Shown here: positions 1 to 8,209 of the stretch, in pieces | Numbering within the stretch: the stretch's first letter is position 1 | Layout of the letters: every line of letters starts with the position of its first letter | Assembly (NCBI RefSeq): GCF_000012905.2 | Contig: NC_007493.2 | Coordinates: forward strand, 270,001-302,000 | Length of the DNA stretch: 32,000 nucleotides | From: Cereibacter sphaeroides 2.4.1 | Lineage (GTDB): Bacteria > Pseudomonadota > Alphaproteobacteria > Rhodobacterales > Rhodobacteraceae | Direction of reading: 5' to 3' | Position numbers and translations under genes: made by a program | Notes under the pieces: generated by a model | Seen by the model: only the letters and a program-made list of their open reading frames with translations | Told to the model about the DNA's origin: nothing | Database searches by the model: none

Positions 1-500
1 CCGTCTGACGGATGGCTGACGCTCCCGTCGACTGGGTCTCGTGGCGCGTCAGGCAGCAGCTCCTTGGAATCGCAAGCGCGGTCTCGCTCTCTCCGCAGGA
101 CACTGATCCGCCGCGCGCGCTCTGCCCTGCCCGCTCAGCCGGGAATGACCGCGGCCAGATGTCCGGTTGCGCTGCGCTCTCAATTCGATGTGGCGGTCAT
201 CGTGCCTGCCGGTTTCTCGAACCGTGTCAGGGCTCCTGCTCCCGAACCCGACACGACCCCGGGCCGTGGTTACACGCGTCCGCCCAGGCCCCGGACGGGC
301 ACCACAGGCGTCGCAGACAGTCCGATCGGCGATCGGCACCTCGAAAAGTCCCGGTCGGAACCGGCCTCGAGGTCCAGCCCTCATGAGGCTCGAGACGTGC
401 GGCTTTCCTCGCCGCCGCGGACGGTGCCCCGACCTGCTGGACAGCCATGTTCAGACCGATCGCGCTCTCACCCGCTCGGGGCTCTCATCGCCGCAGCGGT

Positions 501-551
501 CTTTCACTCTGCCCAAATATCCTCGGGGGTCCGGGGGCAGACAGCCCCCGG
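501..551 (-). repeat. Copy A of a ~51-nt hairpin-plus-tail intergenic repeat, 21 nt downstream of the pckA stop and in pckA sense
   Basis: Reverse complement reads ccgggggc-tgtct-gcccccgg-acccccgaggatatttgggcagagtgaaag. The 8-bp stem and 22-nt tail are identical to 16996..17047. Confidence 0.7.
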
Positions 552-572
552 AGGTCGCCGCCGGGACCGGCC

Positions 573-2171
573 TCAGCCGATCGCGGCCGCCTTCACATCC
601 GCATCGATGAAGGGGACATATTGCGCGAAGTTGTTGGCGAACATCTCCACCAGCTTCTTCGCCTGCTGATCGTAGGCCGCCGGATCGGCCCAGGTCGAGC
701 GCGGATCGAGCAGCTTCGCATCTACCCCATGCAGGTCCACCGGCACCTCGAAGCCGAAGTTCGGATCGCGGCGGAACTGAACGCCCGAGAGCGAGCCGTC
801 GAGCGCCGCGGTCAGCAGCGCGCGGGTGGCCTTGATCGGCATCCGCTTGCCGGTGCCGTAGGCGCCGCCGGTCCAGCCGGTGTTCACGAGCCAGCAGGTC
901 GCGCCGTGCTTGGCGATCTTCTCCTGCAGGAGCTTGCCGTAGACCTCGGGACGACGGGGCATGAAGGGCGCGCCGAAGCAGGTCGAGAAGGTCGGCTGCG
1001 GCTCGGTCACGCCGCGTTCGGTGCCGGCCACCTTCGAGGTGAAGCCCGACAGGAAGTGATACATGGCCTGCGCGGGCGTCAGCCGCGCGATGGGCGGCAG
1101 CACGCCGAAGGCGTCGCAGGTCAGCATGATGACGTTCTTCGGATGCCCGCCGAGCCCGCTCTCGGACGCGTTCGAGATATAGTCGAGCGGATAGGCGCAG
1201 CGCGTGTTCGCCGTCAGGCTGTCGTCGTTGAAGTCGAGCTCGAGCGTCTCTTCGTCATAGACCATGTTCTCGACCACGGTCGCGAATTTCGAGGTCGTGG
1301 CATAGATCTCGGGTTCGGCTTCGGCCGAGAGATTGATCGTCTTGGCGTAGCAGCCGCCCTCGAAGTTGAACGTCCCCCGGTCCGACCAGCCGTGCTCGTC
1401 GTCGCCGATCAGCGTGCGGGAGGGATCGGCCGAGAGCGTGGTCTTGCCGGTGCCGGAGAGCCCGAAGAACACTGCCGCATCGTCCGTGTCGCCGAGCGCG
1501 TGGTTGGCCGAGCAGTGCATCGCCATGACGCCCTTGCCGGGCAGGATGTAGTTCAGCAGCGTGAAGACCGACTTCTTGTTCTCGCCGGCATATTCGGTGT
1601 TGGCGATCAGGATCAGCTTGCGCTCGAAGTTGAGCACGATCACCGTGTCGGTGCGGCAGCCGTGGCGCTCGGGGTCGGCCTTGAAGGACGGGCAGTTGAT
1701 GACCGTCCAGTCGGGCACGAAGCTGTCGAGCTCGGCGCGCTCGGGGCGGCGCAGCATGTGGCGGATGAAGAGGCCGTGCCAGGCGAGCTCGGTCACCATC
1801 CGCACGTCGAGGCGCAGCTCGGGGTCGGCGCCGGCGAACAGGTCCTGCACGAAGTAGGTGCGGCCCTTCATGTGCTCGAGCATGTCGGCATGGAGCCGGT
1901 CGAAGGCGGCCGGATCCATGGGAGCGTTGTTTTCCCACCAGATCGTGTCTTCCACCGACGGCGTGCGCACGACGAACTTGTCCTTGGGCGAGCGGCCCGT
2001 GAAGGCACCGGTCGAGCAGAGGAACGCGCCTCCGCGGCCCAGCCGGCCTTCGCCGCGCGTCACGGCCGCTTCGACCAGCGCGGGCTCGATGAGGTTGTAA
2101 TGCACCTCGCCAAGTCCAGTGATGCCTTGTGCGTCCAGCGTCTGCGCTGGGTTCACGCGTCCGAAATTCAT
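573..2171 (-). CDS. pckA: Phosphoenolpyruvate carboxykinase (ATP)
   Basis: ORF 573..2306 trimmed to the internal ATG at 2171 ([19 protein letters not shown]...), giving 532 aa. Family-typical segments [13 protein letters not shown] (kinase-1a) and [20 protein letters not shown] stop at 573..575. Confidence 0.96.
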   Translation of the reverse strand: MNFGRVNPAQTLDAQGITGLGEVHYNLIEPALVEAAVTRGEGRLGRGGAFLCSTGAFTGRSPKDKFVVRTPSVEDTIWWENNAPMDPAAFDRLHADMLEHMKGRTYFVQDLFAGADPELRLDVRMVTELAWHGLFIRHMLRRPERAELDSFVPDWTVINCPSFKADPERHGCRTDTVIVLNFERKLILIANTEYAGENKKSVFTLLNYILPGKGVMAMHCSANHALGDTDDAAVFFGLSGTGKTTLSADPSRTLIGDDEHGWSDRGTFNFEGGCYAKTINLSAEAEPEIYATTSKFATVVENMVYDEETLELDFNDDSLTANTRCAYPLDYISNASESGLGGHPKNVIMLTCDAFGVLPPIARLTPAQAMYHFLSGFTSKVAGTERGVTEPQPTFSTCFGAPFMPRRPEVYGKLLQEKIAKHGATCWLVNTGWTGGAYGTGKRMPIKATRALLTAALDGSLSGVQFRRDPNFGFEVPVDLHGVDAKLLDPRSTWADPAAYDQQAKKLVEMFANNFAQYVPFIDADVKAAAIG

Positions 2172-2509
2172 ACTGCAAGCTCCCCGATGCCGCGCGAGCG
2201 GCTGTTTCCGGTCCTCCAACGGCATCCTGGGCCAATAGGCTGCCGGTCGGCCCCGGAGATGGGCGCCGACAGGGAAAGGGTATAGCATGACGGTGCCACG
2301 CGACAACAGAGTGACAGCAAGACGTTAGCGCAACCAGCGACAGGTTGGCGCAACCTCCGGGCATCGGTTGCGGCAAATTGGCTGTTCCGTCGCGACTCGT
2401 GGACGGGCAACCGGAGGAGGAGCCGACCGATTCGCAGAAGGCTATTGATTCCTTCGGCGGAAACCGGATCATGAAGTCCATTGGTACAGCAGGCATTCGG
2501 AGTTGGGGC

Positions 2510-3211
2510 ATGTCCAGGATTGCTCTCGTCGACGACGATCGCAACATCCTGACTTCGGTGGCCATGACGCTCGAGGCGGAAGGGTTCGAAGTCGAGACCT
2601 ACAACGACGGGCAGTCGGCTCTCGAGGCCTTCAACAAGCGGATGCCCGACATGGCCGTGCTCGACATCAAGATGCCGCGCATGGACGGGATGGACCTGCT
2701 GCAGCGCCTGCGGCAGAAGTCCGCGATGCCCGTGATCTTCCTGACCTCCAAGGATGACGAGATCGACGAGGTGCTGGGCCTGCGCATGGGCGCGGACGAC
2801 TATGTGAAGAAGCCCTTCTCGCAGCGCCTCCTGGTCGAACGGATCCGCGCGCTCCTGCGCCGGCAGGAGGCCATCGCGGGCGGCGAGGCCGACGCGCAGG
2901 AGGAAAGCCGCATTCTCGAGCGCGGCAACCTGCGGATGGATCCGCTGCGCCACGCGGTGAGCTGGAAGGGCCGGGACGTGTCCCTCACGGTGACCGAGTT
3001 CCTGTTGCTGCAGGCCCTCGCGCAGCGGCCCGGCTTCGTCAAGAGCCGGGACCAGCTGATGGATGTGGCCTACGACGATCAGGTCTATGTCGACGACCGC
3101 ACGATCGACAGCCATATCAAGCGGCTGCGCAAGAAGATGCGTGCGGCGGATTCCGATTTCGCCGCCATCGAGACCCTTTACGGCATCGGTTACCGGTACA
3201 ACGAGGAGTGA
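2510..3211 (+). CDS. chvI: OmpR-family response regulator ChvI
   Basis: Start set at [17 protein letters not shown], with GGAG 9 nt upstream. Receiver domain (DIKMPRMDG, phospho-Asp context) plus winged-helix C-terminus (TVTEFLLL...[11 protein letters not shown]). The N-terminus closely resembles rhizobial ChvI. Upstream in-frame codons of ORF 2345.. are not protein-like. Confidence 0.93.
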   Translation: MSRIALVDDDRNILTSVAMTLEAEGFEVETYNDGQSALEAFNKRMPDMAVLDIKMPRMDGMDLLQRLRQKSAMPVIFLTSKDDEIDEVLGLRMGADDYVKKPFSQRLLVERIRALLRRQEAIAGGEADAQEESRILERGNLRMDPLRHAVSWKGRDVSLTVTEFLLLQALAQRPGFVKSRDQLMDVAYDDQVYVDDRTIDSHIKRLRKKMRAADSDFAAIETLYGIGYRYNEE

Positions 3212-3233
3212 GGGTGCCGGGGAGGACGCGGCC

Positions 3234-4952
3234 ATGACCGCCGTGCGGATCTTCGGCCGGTCCAGGGCCGACGACGGGGCCTCCGCGCACCGTCCGGGCG
3301 ACGTGATCCTCGGCGAGGACTGGACGGCGCCCGGTGCAGATGGCGAGCCGGGGCTTCAGAAGCGGCGGCGGCGCGGCTTCGTCGCGCTGAATCGGTCGCC
3401 GCTGGCCCGCAAGATCATCCTCTTCAATCTTCTGGCTCTGGTGATCCAGGTCTCGGGCGTGCTCTTCACCAACCCGTTCCGCGAGAACCTCGTCCTCCAG
3501 CGCGAGCGGGCGCTCGTCTCCGAGGCCCGCCTCGTGGCCAATGTCTTCGAGGCGCGGCTCGCGGCGGTGCCGGGCGCGACGCTCGACGCGCCGAAGGGCA
3601 TCGACATCCCCGCCACGCTCGACGCCGTGGCAGTTGACCCTGCGGTCGACCTCTTCATCCTCGACACGGCGGGGGTCGTCGTGGCGTCCGACCGTGGCGC
3701 CCGCCAGCCGGTGCCCGAGGACCGGCGGTCGACCCTCATCACCGATTTCCTCAACGGGCTGTGGGACACTGTCTCGAAGACGCTGGCTTGGGGTGAGGCG
3801 CCGCAGGGCGAGATCGACGCCAGCGCGCTCGCCCGCCAGGTCTTCTCGGGGGCGCGCGAGGGGCGGACCACGATCAACACGGGGCGCGACCGCAACGGCG
3901 GCGCGCTCTTTTCGGTCGCGACCCCCATCCTCGACGGAGAGCGCGTGATGGGGGTGGTGGCCATCACCTCGGCCGCAGGCGAAATCGACCGGCTGGTGCG
4001 CTACGAGCGCGAGCAGATCCTGCAGATGTTCGTGGTGGCGCTCTTCGTCTCCATCGGGCTCAGCCTCGTGCTGGCCTCGACCATCGCCAATCCGCTGGCC
4101 GATCTCGCGGCCGCGGCCGAACTCGGCCGGGATCGCGACGCGCGCAAGATGGCGCCGGGCCGGGTGCGGATCCCGGATCTCACGGCACGCCCGGACGAGA
4201 TCGGCCGCCTGTCCATCGCCATGCGCGGGATGGTGGCGGCCCTCTACGACCGGATCGACGCGAACGAGCAGTTCGCGGCGGATGTGGCGCACGAGATCAA
4301 GAACCCGCTCGCCTCGCTCAGGTCGGCCGTGGGCACCATGCGGCTGGCCAGGCGCGAGGACCAGCGCGAGCAGCTCCTCGACGTGATCGAGCATGATGTG
4401 CGCCGCCTCGACCGGCTGGTCAGCGACATCTCGAACGCCTCGCGCCTCGACAGCGAGCTGGTGAAGGAGGAGGAGGAGGAGTTCGACCTGCTCCCCACCA
4501 TCGCGAACCTCGGCGACTATCTCGGCCGGCAGGCGGCGGAGAAGGGGGTGGACTTCATCGCCGACCTGCCGTCCGAACCCATGCGCATCCGCGGGCTCGA
4601 GGCGCGGCTGGCACAGGTCTTCGTCAATCTCATCTCCAACGCTCTTTCCTTCTGCGAGGAGGGCGATGCGGTGCGCGTCTGGGCGCGGCGGCGCGAGAAC
4701 CGGGTGCTGGTCGTGGTCGAGGACACCGGCCCCGGCATCCCCGAGGAGGCGCTGACGAAGATCTTCGGCCGCTTCTATTCCGAGCGCCCGCCGGGCCAGT
4801 TCGGCAACCACTCGGGGTTGGGACTCGCGATCTCCAAGCAGATCGTCGAGGCGCACGGCGGCGTGATCTGGGCCGAGAACATCCGCCCCACCAGCGCCGA
4901 CATCACCTCCGAGCCGCTGGGCGCGCGCTTCGTCGTCGGCCTGCCGGTGTGA
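3234..4952 (+). CDS. chvG: Sensor histidine kinase ChvG/ExoS-like
   Basis: ATG 3234 preceded by GGAGGA. Two hydrophobic segments flank a periplasmic region. H-box FAADVAHEIKNPLASL; ATPase motifs DTGPGIPEE and GLGLAISKQIVEAHGG. Lies directly downstream of chvI. Confidence 0.9.
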   Translation: MTAVRIFGRSRADDGASAHRPGDVILGEDWTAPGADGEPGLQKRRRRGFVALNRSPLARKIILFNLLALVIQVSGVLFTNPFRENLVLQRERALVSEARLVANVFEARLAAVPGATLDAPKGIDIPATLDAVAVDPAVDLFILDTAGVVVASDRGARQPVPEDRRSTLITDFLNGLWDTVSKTLAWGEAPQGEIDASALARQVFSGAREGRTTINTGRDRNGGALFSVATPILDGERVMGVVAITSAAGEIDRLVRYEREQILQMFVVALFVSIGLSLVLASTIANPLADLAAAAELGRDRDARKMAPGRVRIPDLTARPDEIGRLSIAMRGMVAALYDRIDANEQFAADVAHEIKNPLASLRSAVGTMRLARREDQREQLLDVIEHDVRRLDRLVSDISNASRLDSELVKEEEEEFDLLPTIANLGDYLGRQAAEKGVDFIADLPSEPMRIRGLEARLAQVFVNLISNALSFCEEGDAVRVWARRRENRVLVVVEDTGPGIPEEALTKIFGRFYSERPPGQFGNHSGLGLAISKQIVEAHGGVIWAENIRPTSADITSEPLGARFVVGLPV

Positions 4953-5377
4953 CCGGGGCCGACCGCACCATCCTGCACGCGAGCTGCGTGGCGCTCGACG
5001 GGCGCGGGCTCCTGATCCTCGGGCCATCGGGCTCGGGCAAGTCGGCGCTCGCGCTCGAACTGATGGCGCTCGGCGCGGATCTGGTGGCCGACGACCGGAC
5101 GGAGATCGAGGGGCAGGGGCCGGATCTGGTCGCCCGCTGCCCTCCGGCCATCGCGGGCCTGATCGAGGCGCGCGGGCTGGGGATCCTGCGGGCGCCCGCC
5201 ATTCACGAAGCGCGAGTGACACTGGCTGTCGAATTGGGCAGGTCCGAGACGGAGCGCCTGCCACATTTCCATGAGATTCAGGTGCTCGGACGGCCTCTCG
5301 ACCTTGTGCTCGGCCAGGAAGGCCGCCATTTTCCCTCTGCGCTGCTGCTGCGACTCCGGTCGGGGCGCGTCGCGTGA
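4949..5377 (+). CDS. hprK: Short HPr kinase/phosphorylase (C-terminal catalytic domain only)
   Basis: 142 aa with P-loop GPSGSGKSALALEL and IEARGLGIL. The GTG start overlaps the chvG TGA (GTGA). No N-terminal domain, as in other alphaproteobacterial hprK genes. Confidence 0.85.
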   Translation: MTGADRTILHASCVALDGRGLLILGPSGSGKSALALELMALGADLVADDRTEIEGQGPDLVARCPPAIAGLIEARGLGILRAPAIHEARVTLAVELGRSETERLPHFHEIQVLGRPLDLVLGQEGRHFPSALLLRLRSGRVA

Positions 5378-5398
5378 ACGCAACAGATCCTGGACCGT

Positions 5399-6307
5399 AT
5401 GGTAGAGCCTGTGCAGGAATACCGGCTCGTGCTGGTCACCGGCCCTTCGGGAGCGGGGCGCACGACCGCGATCAATGCGCTCGAAGACATGGGCTATGAG
5501 GTCATCGACAACCTGCCCCTGTCCTTCGTGCCCCGGCTGATCGAGGGACCCTCGATCGGGCGGCCGATTGCGCTGGGGCTCGATGTGCGCAACCGCGACT
5601 TCAACGCCACGGCGCTGATCGAGCTGATCGACCGGCTGACGCAGGATCCGCGCGTGGCGCTCGAGGTGCTCTATGTGGACTGCTCGGCCTCCGAGCTGAT
5701 CCGCCGCTACAACCAGACCCGGCGCCGCCATCCGCTGGCCCCGGCCGAGACGCCCGCCGAAGGGGTCGAGCGCGAGATCGACCTGCTCGCCCCCGTGCGC
5801 GTCCGCGCGGACCATCTGATCGACACGTCCGAAATGTCGCCGCACGATCTCAAGGCCGAGCTTTCGCGCTGGTTCGACCGCGGTGCGGCAACCCGTCTTG
5901 CGGTGTCGGTGCAGTCCTTCTCCTACAAGCGGGGCGTTCCGCGTGGGGTGGACATGATCTTCGACTGCCGATTCCTGAAGAACCCCTACTGGGTCGAGAG
6001 CCTGCGGGCGCTCGACGGCCGCGAGGCGTCGGTGGCCGACTACATTTCCTCGGACCCCCGCTTCGCCCCCTTCTTCGAGAAACTCCGCGATCTCGTGCTG
6101 TTCCTGCTGCCGGCGCAGCTCGAGGAGGGAAAGGCCCATCTGTCGCTGGGCTTCGGGTGCACGGGCGGGCAACACCGGTCGGTCGCCGTTGCCGAACTTC
6201 TGGGCAATGCGCTTGCAGAAGCGGGCTGGCCGGTGTCAAAACGACACAGGGAACTTGAACGCAGGGCGGCCGCTGTGCTCCCCACGCATCAGGGTGAGAA
6301 GGCGTGA
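5399..6307 (+). CDS. rapZ: RNase adapter / nucleotide-binding protein RapZ (YhbJ family)
   Basis: 302 aa. Walker [13 protein letters not shown] near the N-terminus; conserved C-terminal [10 protein letters not shown] motif. Confidence 0.9.
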   Translation: MVEPVQEYRLVLVTGPSGAGRTTAINALEDMGYEVIDNLPLSFVPRLIEGPSIGRPIALGLDVRNRDFNATALIELIDRLTQDPRVALEVLYVDCSASELIRRYNQTRRRHPLAPAETPAEGVEREIDLLAPVRVRADHLIDTSEMSPHDLKAELSRWFDRGAATRLAVSVQSFSYKRGVPRGVDMIFDCRFLKNPYWVESLRALDGREASVADYISSDPRFAPFFEKLRDLVLFLLPAQLEEGKAHLSLGFGCTGGQHRSVAVAELLGNALAEAGWPVSKRHRELERRAAAVLPTHQGEKA

Positions 6308-6702
6308 TCGGTATCGTCATCGTTGCTCACGGCGGCCTCGCGCGGGAATATCTCTCGGCCGTCGAGCATGTGGTGGGCAAGCAGGAGGCCATGGCCGCCA
6401 TCGCCATCGAGGACGATCACGACCGAGCCGCGAAGCAGGCCGAGATCAGCGCCGCCGCGCGGTCGGTGGATCGGGGCGCAGGCGTCGTGGTGGTGACCGA
6501 CATGTTCGGCGGCTCGCCCTCGAACCTGTCGCTGCCGGCCTGCACGGCGCGCGACCGCCGCATCATCTACGGCGCCAACCTGCCCATGCTCATCAAGCTT
6601 GCCAAGTCGCGCGAGCTGACGGTGCCGGAGGCGGTGTCTCTGGCCCTCGACGCGGGACGCAAGTATATCAACAGCCTCGACCTTGGCAGCGGGATGGAAT
6701 GA
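6304..6702 (+). CDS. manX: PTS EIIA component, mannose/fructose family
   Basis: 132 aa. N-terminal [13 protein letters not shown] with His9 in the position of the phosphorylatable His of EIIA-Man. The GTG start overlaps the rapZ TGA (GTGA). Confidence 0.85.
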   Translation: MIGIVIVAHGGLAREYLSAVEHVVGKQEAMAAIAIEDDHDRAAKQAEISAAARSVDRGAGVVVVTDMFGGSPSNLSLPACTARDRRIIYGANLPMLIKLAKSRELTVPEAVSLALDAGRKYINSLDLGSGME

Positions 6703-6968
6703 TCGAACGAGAACTTCTCATCGTGAACGAAAAGGGCCTGCATGCGCGGGCTTCGGCCAAGTTCGTCGAAGTCGTGGAACGGCACGATGCCCAGGCCGAG
6801 GTCTCCAAGGACGGGATGGTGGTCTCGGGCGACTCGATCATGGGTCTCCTGATGCTCGCCGCCTCGCGCGGGACCTCGATCCGGATCCGGACCATGGGCT
6901 CCGAGGCCAGCGCGCTGGCCGAGGCGCTCTCGGCGCTGGTGGCGGACCGGTTCGGCGAGGACATGTGA
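6699..6968 (+). CDS. ptsH: HPr-family phosphocarrier protein (HPr/NPr)
   Basis: 89 aa from the ATG at 6699, which overlaps the EIIA TGA (ATGA). His15 in NEKGLHARAS and Ser46 in GDSIMGLLML. It is the 3' part of track ORF 6189..6968. Confidence 0.9.
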   Translation: MIERELLIVNEKGLHARASAKFVEVVERHDAQAEVSKDGMVVSGDSIMGLLMLAASRGTSIRIRTMGSEASALAEALSALVADRFGEDM

Positions 6969-6986
6969 CCGCGGCGGCGGGCGCCT

Positions 6987-7018
6987 CCGGGCCCCGTCCT
7001 CCTCCCTGCCGGGGCCGG
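6987..7018 (+). other. Hairpin with CCUCCUCCC (anti-Shine-Dalgarno) in a 13-nt loop, 19 nt after the HPr stop
   Basis: Stem GGCCCCG (6990..6996) pairs with CGGGGCC (7010..7016). Loop is TCCTCCTCCCTGC, with CCTCCTCCC at 6998..7006. No U-tract follows. Confidence 0.5.
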
Positions 7019-7111
7019 TCTCTGGGACAAGCCGCCTCACCCCCGCACGCGTCGGTTGCTCTCCGGCAGGCCGCATGGTGAGCTTGTCGGGCCGGGACCG
7101 CGCCCGGCACG

Positions 7112-8209
7112 ATGCAAAGGATCTCACGAGTGACACGGGTTTATCCGGGCTTCGACCTGTTGCGTATCCTGGCCGCGGGCGGCGTGGTCTTCTCCCACGC
7201 CTTCCTCATCATGGAGCTGACCGAGGCGGGCGAGCCGCTGAAGGCCGCGACGGGCACCATCCTCGGCCTCTATGCGGTGATGATCTTCTTCATCCTGAGC
7301 GGCTTTCTCGTGACGGACAGTGCACTGCGGTCGCAGGGCGTGCTCGATTTCGCCGCCAAGCGCGCGCGCCGTCTGCTGCCGGGGTTCCTCGCGGCCAACC
7401 TCATCGTGGCGCTCGCGATCTGCCCGCTCTTCGCGACCGAGGGGGCCATGGCCTTCCTCGGGCAGCCCGTCCCCTGGGAAACGCTGGGCCGCGTCCTTCT
7501 CCTGCAGGACCCGAGCCTGACCTTTCCGGGGCGCGTCAGCTTCTTTCCGGCCGAGGGCGACGCGGCCTGGGTGGCTGCGGTGGCCAATGGCGTCCTCTGG
7601 ACGATCCGGATCGAGATCACCTGCTATCTCGTCGTGGGGCTTCTGTTGCTCGTTGGCATGCTGACCCGCGGAGCCGTCCTCGCGCTCATCTGCGCGGCCG
7701 TCTTCGCAACGCTCACGCCGGCCTTCTATGTGTCGGATTACCTCAACTGCCTGATCTACCTCGGCCCGTCCTTCGCGGCCGGCATGGCGCTGCGCCTGCT
7801 CCTGCCCGAAGGCCATCGCGCCGACGGCCGGATCGCCGCGGCCAGTGCGGCCATCCTCGGGGTGCTGATGCTGAAGATGGGCGGCTGGCGCGAAGTCGAG
7901 GGGCTGCTCTTCCCGCTCTTCGCCGCCTATCCGCTGATCTGGTTCGGCCAGCAGGAGCGTGCGCGGCTCGGCGCGCTCGGCCGGTTCGGGGATCCGTCCT
8001 ACGGCATGTATCTCTGGGGCTGGCCGGTGCAGATGCTGCTGCGCGCGCTCGTGGGGCCCGGCTGGTCGGGCTGGGCCTTCGCCGCCCTGTCGCTGCCCGC
8101 CGCCCTCGCGGTGGGCTGGCTGTCGTGGATCCTCGTCGAGCGGCGGTTCCTGCGCCGCCGCCCGCCGGGGGCCTCCTACCGTGTCGGCACCGGCGTCTCG
8201 CCGCGATAA
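7112..8209 (+). CDS. Acyltransferase family 3 integral membrane protein (OafA/YrhL-like)
   Basis: 365 aa, multi-pass hydrophobic. N-terminal FDLLRILAAGGVVFSHAF is typical of acyltransferase_3. The alternative GTG start at 7130 has a better SD (AAGGA). Confidence 0.8.
   Translation: MQRISRVTRVYPGFDLLRILAAGGVVFSHAFLIMELTEAGEPLKAATGTILGLYAVMIFFILSGFLVTDSALRSQGVLDFAAKRARRLLPGFLAANLIVALAICPLFATEGAMAFLGQPVPWETLGRVLLLQDPSLTFPGRVSFFPAEGDAAWVAAVANGVLWTIRIEITCYLVVGLLLLVGMLTRGAVLALICAAVFATLTPAFYVSDYLNCLIYLGPSFAAGMALRLLLPEGHRADGRIAAASAAILGVLMLKMGGWREVEGLLFPLFAAYPLIWFGQQERARLGALGRFGDPSYGMYLWGWPVQMLLRALVGPGWSGWAFAALSLPAALAVGWLSWILVERRFLRRRPPGASYRVGTGVSPR

Noticed and set aside
12-669. ORFs 12..386(+), 64..669(+), 167..610(+), 49..384(-) and 227..448(-) at the left edge
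   Set aside because: Translations are dominated by Arg, Ser, Pro and Cys. There is no SD, and the frames overlap one another and the pckA 3' end. I treat the region as non-coding pending a homology search.
447-2285. 612-aa ORF antisense to pckA
   Set aside because: This is a shadow ORF, typical of high-GC genes, because GC-rich third positions remove antisense stops. The translation is Arg/Ala/Gly/His-rich and low-complexity, and the opposite strand encodes an unmistakable PckA.
2413-2422. GGAGGAGGAG run ~90 nt upstream of chvI
   Set aside because: It looks like a super-strong SD, but no ATG, GTG or TTG follows within a usable distance. I could assign no ORF or function.
2345-2509. N-terminal extensions in the ORF track (chvI from 2345, chvG from 3063, hbd to 9147, adenosyltransferase to 12755, SDR to 13761, tuf from 17771, rpoB from 23539, pckA to 2306)
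   Set aside because: Family-typical N-termini and SD sequences sit at internal start codons. The extra upstream codons are non-protein-like or overlap neighbouring genes.
4464-4482. GAAGGAGGAGGAGGAGGAG trinucleotide repeat
   Set aside because: It lies in frame inside chvG and simply encodes KEEEEE in a linker. It is not an SD array or an intergenic repeat.
3117-5264. 715-aa ORF antisense to chvG/hprK; similar cases at 4775..6175, 7124..8245, 9066..11216, 12778..14508 and 17498..18763
   Set aside because: Same shadow-ORF artefact. There are no motifs, the composition is extreme in Arg, Pro, Gly and Ala, and each overlaps a confidently identified gene on the other strand.
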